Below are positions 1 through 8,866 of a DNA stretch of 64,000 bases, piece by piece. The stretch is from a virus (lineage: Duplodnaviria > Caudoviricetes), in the IMG/VR virus record IMGVR_UViG_3300020366_000001, positions 32,001 through 96,000 of that record; one strand, written 5' to 3'. The notes beneath the pieces are model-generated. The model searched no databases, had not been told where the DNA came from, and saw only the letters and a program-made list of their open reading frames with translations. The translations under genes were made by a program, and so were the position numbers. Every line of letters starts with the position of its first letter. The first letter of the stretch is position 1.

Positions 1-113
1 TGACTAGACAGACACTTATTGATTACAAATGGCGGATAGTTTTTATGGTCGTCTGGATCCCAGATGTCTTTTTTAGACTGGTTAATGGAATACAGGTAGT
101 CTTTGAGTTCCAA
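1..113 (-). CDS. gp62: Clamp loader small subunit gp62, N-terminus (runs off the window)
   Basis: Manual translation from TTG at 113 gives (M)ELKDYLYSINQSKKDIWDPDDHKNYPPFVINKCLSS, matching the cyanophage gp62 N-terminus. It lies downstream of gp45/gp44 and is not in the ORF track. Confidence 0.85.
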   Translation of the reverse strand, partial: MELKDYLYSINQSKKDIWDPDDHKNYPPFVINKCLSS

Positions 114-256
114 TGTCGAATCACTCCACTAATAATAAAAAGGTTAGTAACCAAGTAAGACACAAAAATAAGGGTGCGTATGCCAGCGATAGTATCAGCC
201 TCTCGGTCTGTGCGTCCATACTTCTCACCTAATGCCTTAGCCCAGATTCGCCACAT
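23..256 (-). CDS. Small hypothetical membrane protein
   Basis: MWRIWAKALGEK...IRTLIFVSYLVTNLFIISGVIRHWN has one TM segment. Its 3' end overlaps gp62. Confidence 0.65.
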   Translation of the reverse strand: MWRIWAKALGEKYGRTDREADTIAGIRTLIFVSYLVTNLFIISGVIRHWNSKTTCIPLTSLKKTSGIQTTIKTIRHL

Positions 257-592
257 TCACAGTTTTCCACCCACAACACCATCGAACACTGCTTGTTCAC
301 CATCATAACCATCTTCTGCCCACTTCAGATGCCAGTAGGTCATCTCAATGACAGCATCTTTATCCAGACCAGTGAGGACAGTCTTACCCGTAGGGGTAAT
401 CTCACTGACACTGCTAGTCAATCCGAATCGTGTTTTGAAAAAGCGAACCTGTCCAAGACGTTCTTCACCTTCGTAGTATGCCCAGTTAGTAATCCACGTG
501 GCACCAAAAGGAAGTTTAAAACTAGAAGGTTCTGACTGGACCGAAGACTGTTCGACCTGAGGAATTGAATCGATAGATTTGAGTTTTTCCAT
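257..592 (-). CDS. Hypothetical cyanophage protein (start uncertain)
   Basis: ORF abuts the next gene and ends in DGVVGGKL, a C-terminus typical of a cyanophage family. Confidence 0.65.
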   Translation of the reverse strand: MEKLKSIDSIPQVEQSSVQSEPSSFKLPFGATWITNWAYYEGEERLGQVRFFKTRFGLTSSVSEITPTGKTVLTGLDKDAVIEMTYWHLKWAEDGYDGEQAVFDGVVGGKL

Positions 593-728
593 TAGTTAAA
601 GTAACAACAACTTCATTTCCCTGCAGCATAGCTGTTGCTACATCTACACCGAATGTTTGGATAACACCAGCAGCAGTGTCCACGATTTGAGCACGACCGC
701 CTTGAGCGCGAGCAATAATGTTACCCAT
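522..728 (-). CDS. Small beta-rich hypothetical protein
   Basis: MGNIIARAQGGRAQIVD...; the ATG is coupled to the dam stop (TAATG). Confidence 0.65.
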   Translation of the reverse strand: MGNIIARAQGGRAQIVDTAAGVIQTFGVDVATAMLQGNEVVVTLTNGKTQIYRFNSSGRTVFGPVRTF

Positions 729-1588
729 TATTTGTACCACTGTTTACTACTATTATCTATACTGTAATTACAGAGCAATAATTCCTTACGCTTATCCTGA
801 TCAGCACCATAGGATCCAGTGGAACGCATCGTGTACGTCAGATCCCATTTAAGTTTGCCAAAGTTAGGATACAGTTGCTCAACTTCAGGACAACTGTTGT
901 AAGTAATCATTGTCTTACCTTCAAAAGGATTGATGATGTCTGCCATCCGTTGATGGTCAAAAGACTTATGGATATCTCCTTTCTTACCGTAGAGATTATC
1001 TTTGATGAGATACGGAGGATCTAGAAAGTTGAATGCTTTCTCATCGATCGTATTCTCATAATCCTTATTCTTGATAATCCACTTGCGAATCAACTGGTGA
1101 TAGTAAGTCAGCGAGTTGATTCCGTTGAGCGAGAAATTCTGTCGCGATGCTTGCTTAGAAAAAGACGAAGCTTCCGAGAGACCAGAGAAGGAGCATTTGT
1201 TGCAAATGTAAAAATTGACTGCAGTGTTGTAAATGCTGGTGGTATCATTTAGTGCTTCCTTTGCTCTAAGAAATGCTTCCTTGTGCTGCTTATCCTTGTC
1301 GTCCTGCTCTTCGTGCCTATCGCAGAAGACCTTGATCTGATGCAGGTGATCCTGCAGGGTAGGTCCAAGGTCCCTCAGGACGATCCAGAAGGCATACAGA
1401 GGGTAGTAGAGGTCGCTCACGACCACATTCATATCAGGGTTTGCCTTGGTGACAGCAATCGCCATAGAACCACCACCGAGAAAGGGTTCCACATAGGAAT
1501 CATACTTCTCAGGAATATAGTCCCACAGGAACTTAGTAGCACGTGACTTGCCACCAGGATACCTGAGAGGAGTTTTGTACTTTTTCAT
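728..1588 (-). CDS. dam: DNA adenine methyltransferase (Dam/D12 class)
   Basis: Motifs PLRYPGGKS, EPFLGGGS (SAM binding) and LDPPY (catalytic). Confidence 0.93.
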   Translation of the reverse strand: MKKYKTPLRYPGGKSRATKFLWDYIPEKYDSYVEPFLGGGSMAIAVTKANPDMNVVVSDLYYPLYAFWIVLRDLGPTLQDHLHQIKVFCDRHEEQDDKDKQHKEAFLRAKEALNDTTSIYNTAVNFYICNKCSFSGLSEASSFSKQASRQNFSLNGINSLTYYHQLIRKWIIKNKDYENTIDEKAFNFLDPPYLIKDNLYGKKGDIHKSFDHQRMADIINPFEGKTMITYNSCPEVEQLYPNFGKLKWDLTYTMRSTGSYGADQDKRKELLLCNYSIDNSSKQWYK

Positions 1589-2388
1589 AACAAAGGGATA
1601 GGTACCAATTTGGTATTGAAGATGTCAACGTTACGTTCAAACACAGGGTACGCTTGGCATACTCCCATCTCTGACGTGCAGTCTTCCATCGCCAACCAGT
1701 TCAGATCATCTATAATATCATATCCAATGCTAACCCGCCACCCTTTATAAGGATGCGGAATGACCCGATGCAGCAGTGGACCAGGACCGATGTAGTGCAA
1801 CCCTTGAGAATTAGGAATCCTCAAAGTAATATCAGTATCGTTTAATGGGTGTTGAGTTCTATCCTCATTCTTAAGATACCAAGTTGTGATATCATCTCTC
1901 TCCTCATTTGAGGTTGGAATTCTATCAGCAAAGATAGTATCTGTGGGACGATCACTGAGGTGAACAAATCCGTGGTAACGACAGTAACTATGGTTGTGCC
2001 AACCAAGAGAAAGTTTACCAAGATCTTCGTATCTGTGTACGTTCAACCAAGCGTGAATCCACAGAGGTTGCTTCTTCAGTTCTGGATGACTTCTAATCTG
2101 CTTAAACAATTGCATCCACAGATTATAGAAGTGAGGCATAGTAGATGACAGAGTAATAATGTTATAAGCATTCTTACTCAAAGTCATATCCCAGTCTTCC
2201 TCCTTCACATTCTTTCCAGACATTGCCTGCAAAGACATTGGTAGGATTCCTGCTTTCCAGAGACCATAACACGTACGTGCTTCAGTCAATAGACCTTCCC
2301 AATCGCAGCGAACGTAATCCTGCTGTGTAAGATCTAAAAGATTCTTGCAACTATAGTGTCTTTCTCTCGCGATTCCTTCTGGTTTCAT
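1585..2388 (-). CDS. Putative 2OG-Fe(II) oxygenase-like protein
   Basis: WLNVH...WHNH...HGFVHL...LLHRV...RVSIGYD fits the DSBH pattern HxH...H...R. Confidence 0.6.
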   Translation of the reverse strand: MKPEGIARERHYSCKNLLDLTQQDYVRCDWEGLLTEARTCYGLWKAGILPMSLQAMSGKNVKEEDWDMTLSKNAYNIITLSSTMPHFYNLWMQLFKQIRSHPELKKQPLWIHAWLNVHRYEDLGKLSLGWHNHSYCRYHGFVHLSDRPTDTIFADRIPTSNEERDDITTWYLKNEDRTQHPLNDTDITLRIPNSQGLHYIGPGPLLHRVIPHPYKGWRVSIGYDIIDDLNWLAMEDCTSEMGVCQAYPVFERNVDIFNTKLVPIPLL

Positions 2389-2491
2389 TGATGTACTTGT
2401 ATTGTCGTTCGGGTTCGTCTTTAAGACGTTCTAGCATTTCCTCCATCATAATAGATTTAGGATCTTTTTCTAAGAAATCTAAGAGACTCAT
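2351..2491 (-). CDS. Small hypothetical protein, 46 aa
   Basis: Manual translation: MSLLDFLEKDPKSIMMEEMLERLKDEPERQYKYINETRRNRERKTL. ATGA overlap with the gp44 stop, and it fills the gap. Confidence 0.55.
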   Translation of the reverse strand: MSLLDFLEKDPKSIMMEEMLERLKDEPERQYKYINETRRNRERKTL

Positions 2492-3432
2492 TCTTTGAAC
2501 TGACACTCAACCATAATCTGTGTGAGACAAGCAAGGATATTAATTTCCTGGTCCGCAACAAACGCAGATTTATATTGATACTCAGCAATGATAAGAACCA
2601 ACTGAGGAATAGACTGACCAACTAGTTCTTGACTCAGAACTTCATAGACCTTACGGAAGATAACGTTAGGATCATTATCTAGATTCTCAACCACCCAGGT
2701 TCGGACAGTATTGAATTCTTTTCGCTTGACTGCTTTAGTCAGTGCAGAAATATCAAGGTCAGCAATATCAGCAAGGATACCACTATCAACTTGACCACTA
2801 GCAGAGTGACGCTGCAGTTCGTTAAGAGTGCGACGCCAATCGGGATAGTGCTTCTGAACAAGTTTGACGATAACTTTGTCATCAGCAGCAACACCATTCT
2901 CCTTCAGGATCTGACGGAGACGCAAGAAGAACTGACCTTGCAGTTCCATCTTCTCAGTTTTCTTGACAGTAAAATCAAAGACTGAACAGCGAGACTGCAG
3001 TGGTTGAATGATCTTGTTCTTGTAATTACAAGTAAAGATAAACCGACAGTTGTTTTGATATTCTTCAATAGCAGCACGAAGTTGTGACTGTACATCAACA
3101 GTCATATTGTCTGCCTCATCAATGATGACGCACTTGTGCTTACTACCTGTCAGCGAGATTGTACTTGCAAAGGTCTTGACCCTGGTTCGTACCGTATCAA
3201 GATACCTCCCTTCGTCACTACCATTGATAACAATGCTGCTGACACCCAACTCATCACAAAGAGCTCTGGCAATCGTAGTCTTACCCACTCCCGCAGGTCC
3301 CGACAAGAGAAGGTTTGGAAATTCACCTGCATCTACAAATTCCTGAAATGTTTTTTTAAGAGAGGTAGGAAGAATACAGTCTGCAACTTTCTGCGGTCGG
3401 TATTCTTCTACCCAAAGAAATTTCCTGTTCAA
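2488..3432 (-). CDS. gp44: Clamp loader large subunit gp44 (RFC-like AAA+)
   Basis: LWVEEYRP, Walker A GPAGVGKT, IIDEAD, SRC motif. Confidence 0.97.
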   Translation of the reverse strand: MNRKFLWVEEYRPQKVADCILPTSLKKTFQEFVDAGEFPNLLLSGPAGVGKTTIARALCDELGVSSIVINGSDEGRYLDTVRTRVKTFASTISLTGSKHKCVIIDEADNMTVDVQSQLRAAIEEYQNNCRFIFTCNYKNKIIQPLQSRCSVFDFTVKKTEKMELQGQFFLRLRQILKENGVAADDKVIVKLVQKHYPDWRRTLNELQRHSASGQVDSGILADIADLDISALTKAVKRKEFNTVRTWVVENLDNDPNVIFRKVYEVLSQELVGQSIPQLVLIIAEYQYKSAFVADQEINILACLTQIMVECQFKE

Positions 3433-4100
3433 GGTTCAAGTGCGATGTAATAGGTCAGAGGAAGTTCAGAGTGATTCCACTCAGAGATCAGTCGCGAAGA
3501 AACACTGACTTTGTAGTCACCTTCGTAGACTCGCAGGTTTTCCACCTTAAAGTCCAGGGAGTATTCATCGTCGGCGTTACCAGACACCACTTGATCATAC
3601 TTGTTTGAGGTTTCGTCTTCCTTGTCTCGTACTTGAAGAGTGACATTATCTTGCTCACTAACAACAGTAAAGTCAGGCAAACCATAGACAGCGGCAGCTT
3701 TGGTAAGAGAGTAAAGACTGTCGTGAGTAACTTCAAAATTGATATTACCGCCAGGGAATTTGATGTCACGATCAGGTGCTGCCTTCATAGTAATCTCAGG
3801 ATCACTGAAGTAATACTTGACGCGACGACCACGATTAGAGTCACGGATAGTGACGTAGTTTGGATTATCGAAATGCAAAACAGGATTGTCGAAAAGACTC
3901 AGACCAGCAATGAACTGGTTGAGATCATAGATCGCAAAATCCTGAGGGAAACTCTCATCCACAGTAGCACGTGCAAAGATGTTCTCTGCATTACTGATAG
4001 TGCGAAGAGTGTTACCCGCTTTCACCACAATACTGGTGTTGATAGTAGCAAAGTTTTTCAGAATAGAAAGAGTTTGCTTGGAGAGGGTAACGACGTTCAT
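3429..4100 (-). CDS. gp45: Sliding clamp gp45
   Basis: LSKQTLSILKNFATIN...FAIYDLNQF...YYIALEP. Confidence 0.96.
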   Translation of the reverse strand: MNVVTLSKQTLSILKNFATINTSIVVKAGNTLRTISNAENIFARATVDESFPQDFAIYDLNQFIAGLSLFDNPVLHFDNPNYVTIRDSNRGRRVKYYFSDPEITMKAAPDRDIKFPGGNINFEVTHDSLYSLTKAAAVYGLPDFTVVSEQDNVTLQVRDKEDETSNKYDQVVSGNADDEYSLDFKVENLRVYEGDYKVSVSSRLISEWNHSELPLTYYIALEP

Positions 4101-4381
4101 TGAGGATATGTGTCAGGAGGAGTAGAATTTTTATCGTTGAAATGCATTAGCAACACAGCATAATGCAGGATTTTCATAATGTCTCGTCGGGCAGTTCCTT
4201 TCCTATCATATCGAGACGCATACTTAAGGATGTTACTACGGCAGAAAGACTCACCATCTCCACACGCTTCGATCAAATCAAGAGTTTGGATAGAGTCATC
4301 ACCTTGTGAGTAATGCTGACCATAGGTGCTAGTAATGTATTCTCGGAGTTCTCCAAGAATACGATCTTCACTGTACTTCAT
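4097..4381 (-). CDS. DUF3310-like protein (T7 gp1.7/SaV-like)
   Basis: HY...IQTLDLI...FCRSNILKYASRY.RKG..RRDIMKILHY pattern; start taken at MKYSED. Confidence 0.7.
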   Translation of the reverse strand: MKYSEDRILGELREYITSTYGQHYSQGDDSIQTLDLIEACGDGESFCRSNILKYASRYDRKGTARRDIMKILHYAVLLMHFNDKNSTPPDTYPQ

Positions 4382-4640
4382 TATCAGATGGGGGTTTAGA
4401 GGATTCAAAAGGACGGCGAGTTGCATTCTCAATGACAATGAATGCTTCTTTGTTGTACTTACGTGTACCTTTAGGGGATTGCCATTTTTTGTTGTAGTCC
4501 TCGCCTACATCGATACCACTTACACAAGTGCCACCGATTTTAACAACGATCTCATCAGAGTTATCCCAGTTTAGTTCTTGGAGGGCAACTCCCAGTTGCC
4601 CTAACCATCCACCGCTTGCCATAACAGAATCGTTTTCCAT
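4368..4640 (-). CDS. Hypothetical cyanophage protein
   Basis: Compact ORF in the operon between cobS and the DUF3310 gene. Confidence 0.7.
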   Translation of the reverse strand: MENDSVMASGGWLGQLGVALQELNWDNSDEIVVKIGGTCVSGIDVGEDYNKKWQSPKGTRKYNKEAFIVIENATRRPFESSKPPSDNEVQ

Positions 4641-4646
4641 AGTATA

Positions 4647-5678
4647 TCACACGTTCTCGGGAGTTTCAACTTTGTCGTCGATCTTGGTGTACAAGTCCAG
4701 GAAAGATGCCTTAGTCTCATCATCGAAACGATTCAGGCACAACTGCAGTGCTTCCATACGATCATTGAAGATGTCATAAGCACGAACAATGTGGACAAGA
4801 CGACGGGTGCTGATGATCTCATCGATGCCACCTTCAAAGAAAGTCTTGCGGATGATGTCTGCCCAGTCTGCAAGTCTGTTAACAAACTCAGTGTCCTTAC
4901 AAAGTTTGGAAAGGATCTTTGCTTCAGTAACAGCAGAAGGATACTCCTGCTCAAAGGTCACTGGGAACCGCTCAAGGAATGCTTCGTTGAGCACATTAGT
5001 TCCGATGAATCGTCCGTCTTCTGAACCTTTGCCTTTGGTGTTGGCGGTTGCGAATACGTTGAAACCTTCTGCGGGCGTAACGTATTTGCCAATCTTCTTG
5101 AGGAAAACTCCTTTTCCTTCGAGAATAGATTGAAGACAGAGGATTTTGTTTGAGGCGAGGTCGATTTCGTCAAGGAGCAGCACAGCACCCCGCTGCAGGG
5201 CTTCAATGACGGGTCCGTTGTGCCAAACAGTTTCGCCATTAACCAGGCGGAAACCACCAATAAGGTCATCTTCGTCAGTCTCGATTGTAATGTTTACACG
5301 AATGAGTTCACGCTTGAGTTGAGCACACGCTTGCTCTACGCTGAAGGTCTTACCATTACCAGACAGTCCAGTGATGAAAGTAGGATAGAAAGTACCAGAC
5401 TTGACAATCTTCTTAACTCGATTGAAGTTACCGAACTGGACAAAGTTAGGATCAACAGCAGGAACTGCGCTCACCATTTCAGTGAAAGATTCCTCCAGTT
5501 GTTGACGTGCTTCCTGCACGGTCAGATCCCAGGTACCACGCTTGACTTTGAAGTTCTCAAGTTTACGAGTGACAGTGGGATATGAGATACCCTCTTCACG
5601 AGCATATCGCTTGACTTCAGTAGCAGTAATGTTGTTGCCGAATCGGTCGCGGAGATCGTTGACGACTTTGGAGGACAT
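4647..5678 (-). CDS. cobS: CobS-like / MoxR-family AAA+ ATPase
   Basis: Walker A GLSGNGKT, LLDEID, ATANTKG, NEAFLERF, ISTRRL, plus an N-terminal HTH-like segment. Confidence 0.9.
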   Translation of the reverse strand: MSSKVVNDLRDRFGNNITATEVKRYAREEGISYPTVTRKLENFKVKRGTWDLTVQEARQQLEESFTEMVSAVPAVDPNFVQFGNFNRVKKIVKSGTFYPTFITGLSGNGKTFSVEQACAQLKRELIRVNITIETDEDDLIGGFRLVNGETVWHNGPVIEALQRGAVLLLDEIDLASNKILCLQSILEGKGVFLKKIGKYVTPAEGFNVFATANTKGKGSEDGRFIGTNVLNEAFLERFPVTFEQEYPSAVTEAKILSKLCKDTEFVNRLADWADIIRKTFFEGGIDEIISTRRLVHIVRAYDIFNDRMEALQLCLNRFDDETKASFLDLYTKIDDKVETPENV

Positions 5679-5700
5679 TGGGTTTGTTTCGTATGTACGT

Positions 5701-5745
5701 ATTATAGTGGCAAAGAGGGGGGAGGGACACCCCCCGTAGACAGTT
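5701..5745 (-). promoter_or_regulatory. Putative early promoter (AACTGTCTAC-N29-TATAAT) upstream of cobS
   Basis: TATAAT at 5701-5706; same upstream motif and spacing as at 7883-7927. Confidence 0.65.
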
Positions 5746-5747
5746 GA

Positions 5748-7859
5748 TCAAGCGACCATCTCGATGAATGAGGAGAGAATTTTCTTCTTCACCTTTGCTC
5801 CACCGAGAGATTTCTTAAATGCATTCTTAATTTGAGTCTTAGTTGGAGAATCAGGGACAACAAAATCATCAGAAGCGTGGAGAGACTTGACGCTAAGCAC
5901 GTATGCTTTGTCATATCCAAGACCATTGCCAAGGATTGCGGTCTTATCCTTACCGAACTTTTTCTTCAATGCTTCGATGTCTTTGATGTCGCAGTATTGT
6001 GCTGCATAACCCAACCATCTTGACGCTTCACGTTGAGGGACAATACGGAAGTACAGAATGTTAGTGTTGGAAAATGTCTCCTTCACATCTTCTACCCAAA
6101 TCTTGATGTTTGTGAGAGAGCAATTAGTAAAAGGAGAATACGTTCTGCCTGTGGTGCGATTCCGCAGAGCAGCACGATTTTCTACAGAGCGAATACCGTA
6201 GATAGACTCATCCTTATATGATTTATGTGTAGTTGTGTAAGCACCAGCGTGAGATTCACCGTCTGTCAGGACAATGACATTCAATTTCTCCACACCAAAC
6301 TTCTGTTTCATATAAGGAATGATGGCGTGGAGTCCAACAATTGCCTCGGAAAGAGGGGTACCACCAAGACGCAAACCAAGAGGATAACCAAGACCTGAGT
6401 AACCAACGAGACGATAAGAACCATCATATGCTTGGAAGAATGCACCAAGACGGAACAGATACTTCAGTTGATCTTCAAAGTTACGAGTCTCAGTAGTAAT
6501 ACAATTGATCAAACGAACATTGTCGTGGAAGGCATACTTGTGCGCCTGGGTACGCTCAGTCACAGTCATCTCACCACCCCACTCTGTGCTGAACAAATAT
6601 GCATTGAAAGGAATCTGACACTTCTTACAGAACCAAGCAATCTGAGCAAGTTGTTTAACAATGTCCAGGCAGATAGGTGCAATAGATCCAGACCAATCAA
6701 CCAAAGCAACCAAACCGTGATTCTTACCATCAGGAAGGAGAGTCACCTTCTTGAACAAATCTTCGTTATACTTGTAAGTGTGTAGTTTAGCGGTGTCAAG
6801 AACACCAGTACGAGAAGTCTGTGCACGTGCATACGCTGCTGCAGACTTCTTACACTCAAATTCTTTTACGAGGTAATTAACTTCTCGCTGGGACTGCTTA
6901 CGAAATTCTGCAAAGCGATTGTCGCATTCTTCCACACTTTGTGGATAAGCATCAGCGTAATGATCACCGCAGCGAGAAATAAAATCTTCGTTAGTGACAA
7001 CCAGTTTTTCATATTTGATTTCAGGTACTTCAATGTAATCTACTTCTGCGTATGATTCTGTACGTGCAAGATTTTGCAGTGCTTGCTCTAATGATTTAGT
7101 AGTTTCAATTTCTGAACCTTGTTCACCAGCACCAACAGTTTGATCATCATAATCAAGTCCTTCATCTTCGTAGGATTCTGTGCTCTCAGATGAATTTGAA
7201 TCACCCTCTTCTGAACTATCGCCCTCAGACCCTTCAGAAGCGTCTGAATGAGGTAGGGCACTACTTCCACCTTGCGACCCTTCAAGAGGCATAGGAGCGG
7301 CATTCTGCTTGGTCTCCTGACCTTCCTTATAAACCCGATACAATTCTTGTGCAGCAGAGACCACATCGGAGAAGGTCTCGCAATCAGCAATCATCTTGCA
7401 AACATTGATCTCCGCAGGAGTTTCAAATGGCACATCAGCAACACCTTTGTAGTGAACATTGATACGATCAGGGAGACTGAGATCACCAAGATCGCGATCA
7501 GAAATTTCAAAGAAGTCCCGATCGTGCAGTTGTTGATATCCTCTATAGAAGCATTTATTTAAACCAGAATATTTCCGCTTCATCATCTTCTCGATGCGAA
7601 CATCCTCAACGATATTGATGTAGTCCTGAGGCACACCGTGGATATGCATATCCTCATTAGGTGTGAACAGAGCGTGACCTACTTCGTGTCCGACCAGCAG
7701 ATCGTAAATATCATTAGTGATGTCCTTCCAAATAGGAAGAGTCAACACACGCTTAAGCACATCAAAAGAAGCAGTAGGAACTGCCTTGTGCTGCACTACA
7801 AGGTTCTCAGTAGCGAGCAGACGAGCGAGGTTACCCTTGATCTCGTGCCTGTTGTACAT
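5748..7859 (-). CDS. CobT-like protein: HExxH peptidase-like domain, acidic linker and VWA domain
   Basis: GHEVGH; Ser/Glu-rich linker; MIDAS DWSGS and LTDGE; adjacent to the MoxR ATPase. Confidence 0.85.
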   Translation of the reverse strand: MYNRHEIKGNLARLLATENLVVQHKAVPTASFDVLKRVLTLPIWKDITNDIYDLLVGHEVGHALFTPNEDMHIHGVPQDYINIVEDVRIEKMMKRKYSGLNKCFYRGYQQLHDRDFFEISDRDLGDLSLPDRINVHYKGVADVPFETPAEINVCKMIADCETFSDVVSAAQELYRVYKEGQETKQNAAPMPLEGSQGGSSALPHSDASEGSEGDSSEEGDSNSSESTESYEDEGLDYDDQTVGAGEQGSEIETTKSLEQALQNLARTESYAEVDYIEVPEIKYEKLVVTNEDFISRCGDHYADAYPQSVEECDNRFAEFRKQSQREVNYLVKEFECKKSAAAYARAQTSRTGVLDTAKLHTYKYNEDLFKKVTLLPDGKNHGLVALVDWSGSIAPICLDIVKQLAQIAWFCKKCQIPFNAYLFSTEWGGEMTVTERTQAHKYAFHDNVRLINCITTETRNFEDQLKYLFRLGAFFQAYDGSYRLVGYSGLGYPLGLRLGGTPLSEAIVGLHAIIPYMKQKFGVEKLNVIVLTDGESHAGAYTTTHKSYKDESIYGIRSVENRAALRNRTTGRTYSPFTNCSLTNIKIWVEDVKETFSNTNILYFRIVPQREASRWLGYAAQYCDIKDIEALKKKFGKDKTAILGNGLGYDKAYVLSVKSLHASDDFVVPDSPTKTQIKNAFKKSLGGAKVKKKILSSFIEMVA

Positions 7860-7882
7860 CGGTGTCCGTCTCAGATGCATAT

Positions 7883-7938
7883 ATTATAAGACCCCCGACG
7901 GGTGTCGGAGGTACGTAGTAGACGGTTTACCAACTGTC
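7883..7938 (-). promoter_or_regulatory. Putative early promoter with palindrome GACAGTT-N4-AACCGTC and TATAAT
   Basis: TATAAT at 7883-7888, AACCGTCTAC 29 nt upstream, imperfect palindrome at 7921-7938. Confidence 0.65.
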
Positions 7939-7949
7939 TGCGCCTTGCC

Positions 7950-8138
7950 TTAGCTTGACGTAGTGCCTGTGGTTTCAGTTTTCTTTTTGGGTCCTTCTTT
8001 GAGTGTTGCCAGTTGGGGACTATCATTTTTCTTGTGCAATGCGGCAATTGCTGCAGTAGCTTCGGGAGTTTCTTCCCACTCCCAGGTGTCACCTTTGGTG
8101 CTAACGAAGGTGTGTTTGACTGTGGGGATCGAGGCCAT
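7950..8138 (-). CDS. Small hypothetical protein
   Basis: MASIPTVKHTFVSTKGDTWEWEETPE... Confidence 0.55.
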   Translation of the reverse strand: MASIPTVKHTFVSTKGDTWEWEETPEATAAIAALHKKNDSPQLATLKEGPKKKTETTGTTSS

Positions 8139-8697
8139 TAATGATATGTATATTACCTGCAAGAGCAATCCTATCAGACTCCGACTCATTTGGCAAGACC
8201 AAATGCTGCATATGGGCAGGAAAGATAATCAGATCGCCCTTGGCAGCAGTGATAGTAGCAGAAGAATTATAGTGAGTCTGGTCACAGTTCCAAGCACCCA
8301 TAAGATTTCCCTCGGCAAAAAACTGTGGATGCTGAAGAACCAATCCAGTAGCGTTAGTGAAATACCAAACAAATACAAGATCAGCACCAGGATGAAAGTG
8401 CCTTTCGTGACGTGCACCAGGAGGAAGAATGTTAACCCACCACGTAGTCATCCTCATAGGGATGGGAAGGGTCTCAATAAATTTTTCTAAAACTCTAGGT
8501 TGTTCGTTTTCGTTCTCCTTACTCCAGATATACTGCGGTTTAGATTGCCAACCGTCAAGAGCAGTTTTCTGGTGAGTAGGAACTGTTAAAGATTTCCCTT
8601 TCCAATACTCAACCACGCCATCGGGAACAGGTAAGTGCGTTTTGAATAAAGGAGTAGGGAAAAGAGGAATATAATCTAGTTGAGTATTAGTCGTCAT
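8101..8697 (-). CDS. 2OG-Fe(II) oxygenase (TIGR02466-like)
   Basis: LFPTP, WVNILPPG..H..HFHP, GDLIIFPAHMQHLV.PNES..RIALAGN. Confidence 0.85.
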   Translation of the reverse strand: MTTNTQLDYIPLFPTPLFKTHLPVPDGVVEYWKGKSLTVPTHQKTALDGWQSKPQYIWSKENENEQPRVLEKFIETLPIPMRMTTWWVNILPPGARHERHFHPGADLVFVWYFTNATGLVLQHPQFFAEGNLMGAWNCDQTHYNSSATITAAKGDLIIFPAHMQHLVLPNESESDRIALAGNIHIINGLDPHSQTHLR

Positions 8698-8866
8698 CGA
8701 TGGCGTTCAAAACCTCGTCAAGGTCTTGGATGTGTGTGAGGTTAAAAATCATTTCTCCGAGTTGATTGACAACAAAAGGAGATTCAGTACGAGCGGCAAA
8801 GGCGAGTGCTTCACGCAGATGTTGCTGTGCTTGTGCAATTTCTGCAGTGACTTGTTCAGAGATCAT
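8687..8866 (-). CDS. Small helical hypothetical protein, 59 aa
   Basis: Manual translation: MISEQVTAEIAQAQQHLREALAFAARTESPFVVNQLGEMIFNLTHIQDLDEVLNAIDDD. ATGA overlap with the gp46 stop. Confidence 0.7.
   Translation of the reverse strand: MISEQVTAEIAQAQQHLREALAFAARTESPFVVNQLGEMIFNLTHIQDLDEVLNAIDDD

Noticed and set aside
4647-5678. Cobalamin biosynthesis function for cobS
   Set aside because: No cobN or other cob genes are present; the name is kept only as the conventional family label.
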